Assembly (NCBI GenBank): GCA_965231075.1 | Contig: OZ246412.1 | Coordinates: 91,903-155,902, forward strand | DNA: 64,000 nt | From: an uncultured Candidatus Saccharibacteria bacterium | Lineage (GTDB): Bacteria; Patescibacteriota; Minisyncoccia; RBG-13-40-8-A | Reading direction: 5' to 3' | Shown here: piece by piece, positions 1-7,765 of the stretch | Layout of the letters: each line of letters opens with the position of its first letter | Numbering within the stretch: the stretch's first letter is position 1 | Made by a program: the position numbers and the translations under genes | Notes under the pieces: model-generated | The model's database searches: none | Seen by the model: the letters and a program-made list of their open reading frames with translations, nothing else | What the model was told of the DNA's origin: nothing

Positions 1-639
1 GGAAATCGGCACGAAGTCCGGCTTGATCTGGCTGAGGTCCAGACGCTCGTTTGCGGCGTATGCCGCCGCATCCAAGAGGACATCCCAGCCATTGGCCTTG
101 GCTTTTGCGATCCAGTTGAGGTCGTGCACGGTCCCGGAGTAATTGGATTTCGCCGGATATGCGAACAGCCTCTGTCCCATCGCTCTCGGCCGAGTGAGCA
201 TCTCTTCGAGAGTGCTCGCGTCGATCGAGAGATCCTTTAGGATGGGGGCGTATCTGAACGAACCCCCGTTGCGCTTGGCGGTTTCACGCAGGCCACCCAC
301 TGAGTTGTGGTTGTCCTTTGTAAGGAGCAATTCTCCTCCTTCGAACTTGTAATGTTCGAGGATTCGAATTGCGGCCGTCGCGCCTGAGGTGAAGATCACC
401 TCGTACTCTTCGGGAAAAGCGTGGAAATACTCGAGTATTGCTCTTCGAGTTTCCATCACTTCTTGCATCGCCGCCACGGAAGGCGAATGATGCGAATGAG
501 GATTCCCGAGGATGATTGTCTTCAGGAATTCGCTGTGCGCGTCGATCAGCGAGATCGGCGGCAGGGCTGACCCGGTCCAGTCTGCGTAGACTTGACCTTC
601 TTTGATTTGAGGGAACAAACACCTGGAAATTTTCTCCAT
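1..639 (-). CDS. PLP-dependent aminotransferase class V (molybdenum-cofactor sulfurase/cysteine desulfurase-like), 5' part; runs off the window start
   Basis: Not in the ORF track. Manual translation from ATG 639 (AGGAGG SD upstream) gives MEKISRCLFPQIKEGQVYADWTGSAL..LGNPHS..YEVIFTSGATAA..DNHNS, all class V motifs. Visibly GC-richer than its neighbours. Confidence 0.85.
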   Translation of the reverse strand, partial: MEKISRCLFPQIKEGQVYADWTGSALPPISLIDAHSEFLKTIILGNPHSHHSPSVAAMQEVMETRRAILEYFHAFPEEYEVIFTSGATAAIRILEHYKFEGGELLLTKDNHNSVGGLRETAKRNGGSFRYAPILKDLSIDASTLEEMLTRPRAMGQRLFAYPAKSNYSGTVHDLNWIAKAKANGWDVLLDAAAYAANERLDLSQIKPDFVPIS

Positions 640-754
640 CACAACCTCCTTGCAGACACAGATTAGAAACCGATTCGATCAGTTTCTTTATACTATAATG
701 TTAGCACAAATACTAAATTTTGTCAATAGTGGCAGAAATCTTTTTATTTCTATT

Positions 755-790
755 AAAAAAACAACCCTACGACCATAGGATTGTTTTTTT
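755..790. terminator. Hairpin flanked by A/T runs, likely tsaD terminator
   Basis: aaaaaaacaaccctacgaccataggattgtttttttt just past the tsaD stop. Confidence 0.55.
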
Positions 791-806
791 GTTGGAACAC
801 TTAATA

Positions 807-1955
807 TTATTTTAGTTCTAAGTTAGAATTTGCGATAATTTTAGAATAATTTGCGATCGTCTTGTTTCCACTCAAATATCCCGCGATGGCAATCATTACG
901 CCATTGTCCATACAAAGATTTTTTGGAGGAACCAAAAAATCAATTTTCCCATGCCTATTGGCAGGCAGGAATTTACAATTTTCAATTTTCAATATGAATT
1001 GCTTGCGCAATTCTTCATTGGCGGCGACCCCACCAGAAAGAATAATCGTTTTGGCTTTGTATTTTTCTACTGCTTTAAGGGTTTTGGAAATTAAAACGTC
1101 AATTATTGCTTGTTGAGTTTCAGCACAAAGCGCTGAAATGATATCTGGTTCGAGGTTCGGGGTTCGAAGTTGATTTTTTTTCGAACCTCGAACTTTCAAC
1201 TCTTGAACTAAATACAATACTGCTGTTTTTAGTCCCGAAAAACTAAAATCGAAATTTTGATGGTTAATCATTGGGCGAGGCAAGGCAATTGATGTTTTAC
1301 CAACAAATTTGGTAGCTTCTTGCGAAATAAGGGGACCGCCTGGATATCCTAGCCCAAGCAGTTTGGCCACCTTATCGAAACATTCTCCCGCCGCATCATC
1401 TCTCGTTTCGCCGATAATTTTATAGCTTGCCCAGTTTTTTGCGGGGCTTCCGAATTTTTCCATCAATATTAATTGTGTGTGCCCACCGGAAACAAGTAAC
1501 GCTATGGCTGGCCTGCCCGCAACGCCAGCAAGCTGTCTTGCGTGGCGGGCGGGGAAATTAGAAATTCCGCTGCCAAAGGCAACGGTGATGTGTCCCTCTA
1601 AATGATTGACTGGCACTATTGGAATGTTATATTTATATGCCAATGCTTTTGCGAAATTAACCCCAATTAAAAGTGAGGGGATTAATCCTGGGCCGACAGT
1701 TACGGCGATTAAGTCAATTTTGGTTATTGGAATCCTTGCTTCTTTGAGTGCGGTTTTTAGGCACGGACCAATGTTTTTTAAGTGTTCGCGTGCGGCTAAG
1801 TTTGGCACAACGCCACCAAATGGTGCGTGAACTTTAATTTGTGAAGACACGACATTGGAAAGAATTTTAAAACTTGCCCCGCCTTTTTGCGGGTTCGCTT
1901 CTAAAATCGCAATTCCCGTGTCGTCACAACTTGTTTCAATGCCCAAGATAATCAT
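807..1955 (-). CDS. tsaD: tRNA threonylcarbamoyltransferase TsaD, with several short in-frame insertions
   Basis: ILGIETSCDDTG, NHLEGH, LLVSGGHT, DDAAGECFDKVA, FSFSGLKT, GGVAAN, DNGVMIA motifs. Confidence 0.97.
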   Translation of the reverse strand: MIILGIETSCDDTGIAILEANPQKGGASFKILSNVVSSQIKVHAPFGGVVPNLAAREHLKNIGPCLKTALKEARIPITKIDLIAVTVGPGLIPSLLIGVNFAKALAYKYNIPIVPVNHLEGHITVAFGSGISNFPARHARQLAGVAGRPAIALLVSGGHTQLILMEKFGSPAKNWASYKIIGETRDDAAGECFDKVAKLLGLGYPGGPLISQEATKFVGKTSIALPRPMINHQNFDFSFSGLKTAVLYLVQELKVRGSKKNQLRTPNLEPDIISALCAETQQAIIDVLISKTLKAVEKYKAKTIILSGGVAANEELRKQFILKIENCKFLPANRHGKIDFLVPPKNLCMDNGVMIAIAGYLSGNKTIANYSKIIANSNLELK

Positions 1956-2010
1956 AACCAAACTCTATCAAAAAATCGTCTTTTTGGCAATTTTATGGTA
2001 GGATTTAATT

Positions 2011-2880
2011 ATGAAAATTGGATACCCGTGTATTAATTTAAGTATTGGCTGTACTGCAAATTCAACCTTTCGGTTGAAGTTTTTTTCGCGCGAAAATCTA
2101 ATAAGAAAAGTAAATAACAACCTAGAATGTTTACAAAAAATATTAGAGTTTAACGTTGAAAATAATATTTTATTTTTTCGCATTGGTTCGGGTTTAGTTC
2201 CATTTGCTTCGCACGAAATTTGCGAATTTAATTGGCAAAAACATTTTAAGAAGAAATTATTGCAAATCGGAAAATATATTAAAAAACACGAAATAAGAAT
2301 TTCTATGCATCCGGATCAATTCGTTTTGATTAATGCCAAAGACCCTAAAATAATCGAAAAAAGTTTCCAAGAGTTAAAATATCATTGCGATGTTTTAGAT
2401 TTAATGGGGCTGGATTCGACGGCGAAGATACAAATTCATGTTGGAGGAGCGTACGGGGACAAAAAAACTTCAATGGTTAGATTTGTTGATAATTATAAAA
2501 AACTCCCTAATAATATTAAAAAAAGATTAGTGATTGAAAACGACGATAAATTGTACAATTTAAAGGATTGTTTATCTATTAATAAGCAGACAAAAATACC
2601 AATTCTATTAGATATTTTTCATCATCAGTGTCTAAATAGCGGAGAGTCAACTAAGAGCGCGATTGTTTTTGCCAGTAAGACATGGAAAAAGAAAGACGGA
2701 GTTTTGATGGTTGATTATAGCAATCAAAGAGAAAATGCGCGCAGAGGCACGCATATTGAACATATCGACTTAAGACAATATAAAAACTTTTTGAAACAAT
2801 CTAAAGATTTAAAATTCGATTTGATGTTAGAAATAAAAGATAAAGAAAAAAGTGCGTTAGAGGTTATAAATTTAAAATAA
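2011..2880 (+). CDS. uvsE: UV DNA damage endonuclease UvsE
   Basis: IGYPCIN, FFRI, SMHPDQF, IHVGGAYGDK, IENDD, LEIKDKE motifs. Confidence 0.92.
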   Translation: MKIGYPCINLSIGCTANSTFRLKFFSRENLIRKVNNNLECLQKILEFNVENNILFFRIGSGLVPFASHEICEFNWQKHFKKKLLQIGKYIKKHEIRISMHPDQFVLINAKDPKIIEKSFQELKYHCDVLDLMGLDSTAKIQIHVGGAYGDKKTSMVRFVDNYKKLPNNIKKRLVIENDDKLYNLKDCLSINKQTKIPILLDIFHHQCLNSGESTKSAIVFASKTWKKKDGVLMVDYSNQRENARRGTHIEHIDLRQYKNFLKQSKDLKFDLMLEIKDKEKSALEVINLK

Positions 2881-2949
2881 AAAAATTAAAGTATGGTAAT
2901 ATAAAATATAAGAATTAACTTGCCCCGCCATGGCGGGGTGAATAAAAAT

Positions 2950-3309
2950 ATGAAAAAAATATTCAAAAGATGGTGGTTTTGGGTTATTGTCGTAATAATT
3001 TTAATTTTTGTATTGTACAACTTTTTTATTAAAGGATTGATTGAATTAAATAACGAAAAATTATGCAAAAATGCGGGCGGAAAATGGGGTCTTTGGAGTA
3101 ATCTAAGGTCGCGTGGCTACGAATGTAATTTGCCGACATCCGACGCCGGAAAGGAATGTACCGACTCAAGTCAATGCGAAAATTTTTGTCAGGCGCCAGA
3201 AGAGGCAAAAGAGGGCTCAAAAGTCGTGGGTAAGTGTTATGGATTTCAAAAATCGATTGGAAGGCAAGAAGTAAAGAATGGAATTGTTGGTGGCATAAAG
3301 ATCCAATAA
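2950..3309 (+). CDS. Hypothetical membrane-anchored Cys-rich protein
   Basis: N-terminal TM segment, then CKNAGGKW..CNLPTSDAGKECTDSSQC. Confidence 0.65.
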   Translation: MKKIFKRWWFWVIVVIILIFVLYNFFIKGLIELNNEKLCKNAGGKWGLWSNLRSRGYECNLPTSDAGKECTDSSQCENFCQAPEEAKEGSKVVGKCYGFQKSIGRQEVKNGIVGGIKIQ

Positions 3310-3384
3310 TGCTCGAGATTTAAATATAATGAAATAAATTTCATCTTTAATGGTATAATAAGATATAATCATTAATCCCAAAAC

Positions 3385-3669
3385 ATGAAAACACAAAAAG
3401 CAAACACAGAAAAGTGTCACGATTGTGGCAAAGAAATAAAAGTTATAAATGATGAACTAAAAAATGGTAAAGTTTTAGTTTACGACGATAATGGCAAAAA
3501 AATAACAATTATCAAATGCGATAGCTGTTATGAAAAAAATCCTGGATTAACAAATTTTAAAGAATGTGAGGTTTATTCAAGAATTGTCGGATATATTCGA
3601 CCGGTACAACAATGGAACAAAGGAAAACAACAAGAGTTTAAAGAAAGAAAAGAATTCGCTTCGTGTTAA
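3385..3669 (+). CDS. Stand-alone NrdD C-terminal-like domain (Zn ribbon plus glycyl-radical motif)
   Basis: CxxC...CxxC and CEVYSRIVGYIRPVQQWNKGKQQEF. Confidence 0.8.
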   Translation: MKTQKANTEKCHDCGKEIKVINDELKNGKVLVYDDNGKKITIIKCDSCYEKNPGLTNFKECEVYSRIVGYIRPVQQWNKGKQQEFKERKEFASC

Positions 3670-3685
3670 AAAATAATTTTTAAAA

Positions 3686-3723
3686 TAAACAAAAAATCTC
3701 GTAAATACGAGATTTTTTGTTTA
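3686..3723. terminator. Bidirectional intrinsic terminator
   Basis: taaacaaaaaatctcgta-aa-tacgagattttttgttta inverted repeat between convergent units. Confidence 0.75.
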
Positions 3724-3726
3724 GAA

Positions 3727-3798
3727 TAGCGCTACGGGGAATCGAACCCCGATTGACAGATTGAAAATCTGCTGTCCTAACCGTTAGACGATAGCGCC
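3727..3798 (-). tRNA. tRNA-Glu(UUC)
   Basis: Reverse complement GGCGCTATCGTCTAACGGTTAGGAC..TTTTCAA..GTTCGATTCCCCGTAGCGCT folds as a cloverleaf. Confidence 0.95.
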
Positions 3799-3867
3799 AT
3801 AAATAATTATTTTAATCATAACAAAAACATTGATTTTAATCAAGAAAAAAGGTAAAATGAGAATGTT

Positions 3868-3938
3868 GCGGGATTAATACAGTGGTAGTATGCGACCTTC
3901 CCAAGGTTGATGCGCCAGTTCGATTCTGGTATCCCGCT
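3868..3938 (+). tRNA. tRNA-Gly(CCC)
   Basis: GCGGGAT/ATCCCGC acceptor stem, anticodon loop TTCCCAA, GTTCGATTC T-arm. Confidence 0.93.
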
Positions 3939-3940
3939 GT

Positions 3941-4012
3941 GCCGCCTTAGCTTAGTGGTAGAGCAATTGTTTCGTAAACAATAGATCCTCAGTTCGATTC
4001 TGAGAGGCGGCT
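3941..4012 (+). tRNA. tRNA-Thr(CGU)
   Basis: GCCGCCT/AGGCGGC acceptor stem, loop TTCGTAA. Confidence 0.95.
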
Positions 4013-4055
4013 CAAAATTAGAATTTCTATTATTTTAGATATATAATGAAAGTAT

Positions 4056-5897
4056 ATGAAAAAAATTATGAACGAAGGCGAACATTTTCTCCACAAAAAA
4101 TATTCTGACCTCCACACTTCTCAACCCGTAGAACACGCACAACAAGAGAAAAAGAAAAAAGGAGAGTCAACATCACAAAAACCAGCAGATAAAATATCTG
4201 ACTTTCTTGAAGTAATTAAAAGAACCCACGGTCATCACGATGATCCACAAGTATTAGAAAGAATCAAAGAATATTATCATAAACAATACGTCATTAATCC
4301 CGAAGACGTCCCCGAATCATATTTTGATAATCAAAAACGTCTAGCCAGAGAACAAGGACACGGAGATATTGAAATCACCGACGAGATGCGAAAACAGGCC
4401 ACAGAGATAATCATTACCGACCAAGAATCAACTTTAGACAATTGGACGGAATATCTTTCTTCCAAAGATGCTGATGTTTATCCGGTCTGGGCAAGATACT
4501 GGGCATTCAGAAGCATGGTTAATCTTTCCACCTACGACAAAGAAAAGAAAGTATTCTCCAAACGAAAAAAAGATACAGTTGCTCCTTTTCCCGATTTAAA
4601 TCGTGAAGCATTGGCCAATGTCGTAGATATTATTACTAAAAAAGCAAAAAAAGAAAAAATATCATTAGCCGAAGATAATCCAGAATTACAAGAACTAATC
4701 AATCAAGAAAACTTCGGCAAGCTTTATGCTTACGCCATAGAAAAGATTACACCCACCGAAGTTAATGAATTAGAGATAACTGAAGGTAAATGGGTAAAAT
4801 ACAAACAAAATTCAGATCATATGCCATTGGTAGAATCTTTACAAGGATTTGGCACTGGTTGGTGCACAGCAGGAGAGTCAACGGCCGAGGCACAACTTAA
4901 AGGAGGTGATTTCTACGTCTATTACTCTAACAACAAACAAGGCAAGCCAATTATTCCCAGAATTGCTATCAGAATGCAGGGAAGCGAAATCGGAGAGGTG
5001 AGAGGCATTGCTCCAGATCAAAACTTAGATCCATACGTTAACGATATCGTTAAACAAAAACTACAACAGTTTCCTGACGGTAAACTTTACGAAAAGAAAC
5101 AAGCGGATATGAGGAAACTTACAGAAATCGATAACAAAAACAAAAAACAACAAGAATTAACCAAAGACGATTTAATTTTTCTTTACGAAATCGATTCTCC
5201 GATTCAAGGCTTCGGTTATCAAACCGATCCAAGAATAGTAGAAATACGAAAAACCAGGAATCCAATACAAGATGCACCAATTGTTTTTGAATGTGAGCCA
5301 AGTCAAATTGCCCACAATCAACAAGAAATCAATGAAAATACCAAAGCATATATTGGTCCGTTATTCGAAAATATTTTTCAATTAAATTTAGAGCACATTT
5401 ATACATCATTTCCGGAAAACAAAATCAGAAAGATGGAGACAACGATTGGAGGAAAAGACAAGACACAACTTTTAAAAGAGTTAAAAAAGAACAAAATCAA
5501 TATTGGTGATAATGCCGAATACATGATTAAGAGTGGTGATTTTACAACCTCCAAAAAACAAGAACAAATACAATTAATACGTTTAACAGTTGGTGACCTC
5601 GGTTTTCCAAATAGTGCCACAACACAACAAATATTCGATAAGGCCGAAAAATTAGGCCTAGAACTGTGTCCGGCGGAAACAGGTCCAAATTTACGACTAA
5701 ATTATTTAGATCAACCATTGGGAGAATGGTTTCGAATTGCGATGAAACAAATTACTGATGCCGATGGCTTCCCTCACGTGTTCAATCTGCATCACGTTGG
5801 CAGTGGTCTGTGGTTGGATGACTATTGGGCCCGTCCTGTCATCATGTGGAATTCTGCCCACAAGTTCGTATTCCGCTTTCGCAAGTTGAAAACTTAG
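4056..5897 (+). CDS. DGR target protein (613 aa) with C-terminal variable region, probably CLec-like fold
   Basis: The VR encodes 45 codons at the C-terminus (ITDADG..VF.L....LWL..W..P..W...KFVFRFRK). The fold is inferred from known DGR targets. Confidence 0.92.
   Translation: MKKIMNEGEHFLHKKYSDLHTSQPVEHAQQEKKKKGESTSQKPADKISDFLEVIKRTHGHHDDPQVLERIKEYYHKQYVINPEDVPESYFDNQKRLAREQGHGDIEITDEMRKQATEIIITDQESTLDNWTEYLSSKDADVYPVWARYWAFRSMVNLSTYDKEKKVFSKRKKDTVAPFPDLNREALANVVDIITKKAKKEKISLAEDNPELQELINQENFGKLYAYAIEKITPTEVNELEITEGKWVKYKQNSDHMPLVESLQGFGTGWCTAGESTAEAQLKGGDFYVYYSNNKQGKPIIPRIAIRMQGSEIGEVRGIAPDQNLDPYVNDIVKQKLQQFPDGKLYEKKQADMRKLTEIDNKNKKQQELTKDDLIFLYEIDSPIQGFGYQTDPRIVEIRKTRNPIQDAPIVFECEPSQIAHNQQEINENTKAYIGPLFENIFQLNLEHIYTSFPENKIRKMETTIGGKDKTQLLKELKKNKINIGDNAEYMIKSGDFTTSKKQEQIQLIRLTVGDLGFPNSATTQQIFDKAEKLGLELCPAETGPNLRLNYLDQPLGEWFRIAMKQITDADGFPHVFNLHHVGSGLWLDDYWARPVIMWNSAHKFVFRFRKLKT
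5751..5886 (+). repeat. DGR variable repeat (VR)
   Basis: Ungapped match to 6240-6375 with 18 substitutions, all opposite TR adenines. Confidence 0.96.
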
Positions 5898-5972
5898 AAA
5901 CCTTAAAGCTTTATAATTTAGTTTCTTTGATGCTTTGGTTCTTTGACACTTTGAAATTTTGTAGTTTTTTGA
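5893..5972 (+). repeat. Degenerate 8-bp tandem array directly after the VR
   Basis: cttagaaa ccttaaag ctttataa tttagttt ctttgatg ctttggtt ctttgaca ctttgaaa ttttgtag ttttttga. Confidence 0.65.
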
Positions 5973-6239
5973 TAAGATTGAATTGGGTAAATTGCATTGG
6001 ACGGTTGCGCCTGCTTTCTGGCAGACAGGGCTTTTCAAAATTTTCTCAACAAACATAAATTGAGAGCGCAAACGGCTAAGCCTGCCTGTCGGCAGACAGG
6101 GTTTTTTGCGGAGTAGTTTATGTTTTGTTTCAAAAAAGAAAAAACTTGGTATATCGTGCTGGTTGATTTTAGATCACAAATAAAATACAGCCCAACATCT
6201 TAAAATTATGTGGGCAGTGCTATAGATGGCACGATATAT

Positions 6240-6375
6240 ATAACTGATGCCGATGGCAACCCTAACGTGTTCAATCTGAATCACGATGACAATGGTCTGT
6301 GGTTGAATGACAATTGGGCCAATCCTGACAACAAGTGGAATTCTGACAACAAGTTCGTATTCCGCTTTCGAAAGT
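6240..6375 (+). repeat. DGR template repeat (TR)
   Basis: 41 adenines and 11 AAY codons in the VR frame; carries A at every position where the VR differs. Confidence 0.96.
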
Positions 6376-6385
6376 ATTATCTTTT

Positions 6386-6409
6386 CCGTGCTTATAAGGC
6401 ACGGTTTTT
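6386..6409 (+). terminator. Hairpin plus U-tract 3' of the TR
   Basis: ccgtgc-ttataag-gcacgg-ttttt, overlapping the avd stop codon. Confidence 0.5.
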
Positions 6410-6760
6410 CTTTTCTGGATTATTTAAACTTTTTAGCCAACCACCAAATATTTTTCCAATTTCGTCTAACTTTAGTGCGATTTCTTCACATTGTTTGTGT
6501 GATATTAATTTACTCGTCCATGCCACAGAAACGAGAAACTTGAGAGCGTCCAATAAAAGAATACACTTTGGGATATTGGTTATTTTTATTTCTTGATTAG
6601 AAAAATAAGTCGTGTAAGTTAACTCCAAAAAATCCAAAAGCTTATTCTCTATTCTTTCGCCAATAGTATAACGATTGTGTTTCGGCATATGCGGAATAAT
6701 ATTTAGCCATATTAAATACGCTTCTTTGATTCTTTCCAAAATAGAAGTATTATTTGTCAT
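6392..6760 (-). CDS. avd: DGR accessory variability determinant (Avd-like four-helix bundle)
   Basis: 122 aa, PKHNRYTIGERI...LDEIGKIFGGWLKS Avd signature, located between TR and RT. Confidence 0.88.
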   Translation of the reverse strand: MTNNTSILERIKEAYLIWLNIIPHMPKHNRYTIGERIENKLLDFLELTYTTYFSNQEIKITNIPKCILLLDALKFLVSVAWTSKLISHKQCEEIALKLDEIGKIFGGWLKSLNNPEKKNRAL

Positions 6761-7765
6761 ATGTATAATAATATCATATCAATTGAAAACTTGCTTTTAT
6801 CGTGGCAAGAATTTTTAAGAGGCAAGCGTAAAAGAAAAGATGTGGCGGAATTCTCTTTGAAGTTTTTTGATAATATTATAAAACTTCATCAAGAATTAAA
6901 ATTAAAAACCTATAAACATGGCGGGTATCAGGCGTTTAAAATAAATGATCCAAAACCACGCGATATCCACAAGGCCAGTGTTCACGATAGATTGGTTCAT
7001 CACGCCATATATCGAATTTTATATCCACATTTTGATAAAAAGTTCATTTTTGACTCCTATTCTTGCCGTTTAGAAAAAGGCACACACAAGGCGATAAATC
7101 GTTTTAGGAGTTATTATCGAAAGGTTAGCAAAAACAACACCAAAACTTGCTGGATTTTAAAATGCGATATTAGAAAATTTTTTGCTAACATAGATCATCA
7201 GGTTCTTAAAGATGTTTTGGCAAGACACATTAAAGATAAAAATGTTTTATGGCTCTTGGCACAAATTATTGACAGCTTTAATACGGAAAAGAAGAATGAC
7301 GTTGGCCTTCCGTTGGGCAATTTGACCAGCCAGCTTTTCGTAAATATTTATATGAACGAATTTGATCAATTCATTAAAAGAAATTTGAAAATCACACATT
7401 ATATTCGTTATGCGGACGATTTTATTGTTTTACACACGAACAAATCATATTTGGAAGCGATAATTATCATAATGTTTAAGTTTTTGAAAGAACAATTAAA
7501 GCTCGACCTGCATCCTGATAAAATTTTTATAAAAACTCTGTTTTCGGGAATTGATTTTTTGGGCTGGGTTAATTTTTATTATCATCGAATATTGCGAACC
7601 GCAACAAAACGTAGAATGTTAAGGAATATTAACAATAAACTTGAACCAGGGAGCATTGCATCGTATTTAGGATTGCTTTCGCACGGAAACACTTATGAGC
7701 TTTCGTCTCTTTTGACTTTATTATTTTTAAGGTATAATGATAAGTACGATGACAATTCAGGATAA
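6761..7765 (+). CDS. DGR reverse transcriptase
   Basis: KPRDI, DRLVHHA, CDIRKFF, GLPLGNLTSQLF, RYADDF, IDFLG; 334 aa with no maturase or endonuclease domain. Confidence 0.95.
   Translation: MYNNIISIENLLLSWQEFLRGKRKRKDVAEFSLKFFDNIIKLHQELKLKTYKHGGYQAFKINDPKPRDIHKASVHDRLVHHAIYRILYPHFDKKFIFDSYSCRLEKGTHKAINRFRSYYRKVSKNNTKTCWILKCDIRKFFANIDHQVLKDVLARHIKDKNVLWLLAQIIDSFNTEKKNDVGLPLGNLTSQLFVNIYMNEFDQFIKRNLKITHYIRYADDFIVLHTNKSYLEAIIIIMFKFLKEQLKLDLHPDKIFIKTLFSGIDFLGWVNFYYHRILRTATKRRMLRNINNKLEPGSIASYLGLLSHGNTYELSSLLTLLFLRYNDKYDDNSG

Larger units (their letters stand above)
4056..7765 (+). mobile_element. Diversity-generating retroelement: target gene with VR, TR, inverted avd, RT
   Basis: 136-bp VR/TR pair with adenine-only mismatches, an Avd-like four-helix protein and a DGR-type RT. 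Confidence 0.96.

Noticed and set aside
143-622. Track ORFs 143..352 (+) and 284..622 (-)
   Set aside because: They are alternative frames over the aminotransferase gene, which has clear motifs in another frame.
6210-6596. 128-aa plus-strand ORF across the TR
   Set aside because: It is the TR read in the VR frame plus the antisense of avd. TRs are commonly stop-free, and there is no independent evidence of translation.
6761-7765. RT as a group II intron, retron or CRISPR-associated RT
   Set aside because: There is no maturase domain, intron structure or cas gene, and the adjacent TR/VR pair and avd explain it.
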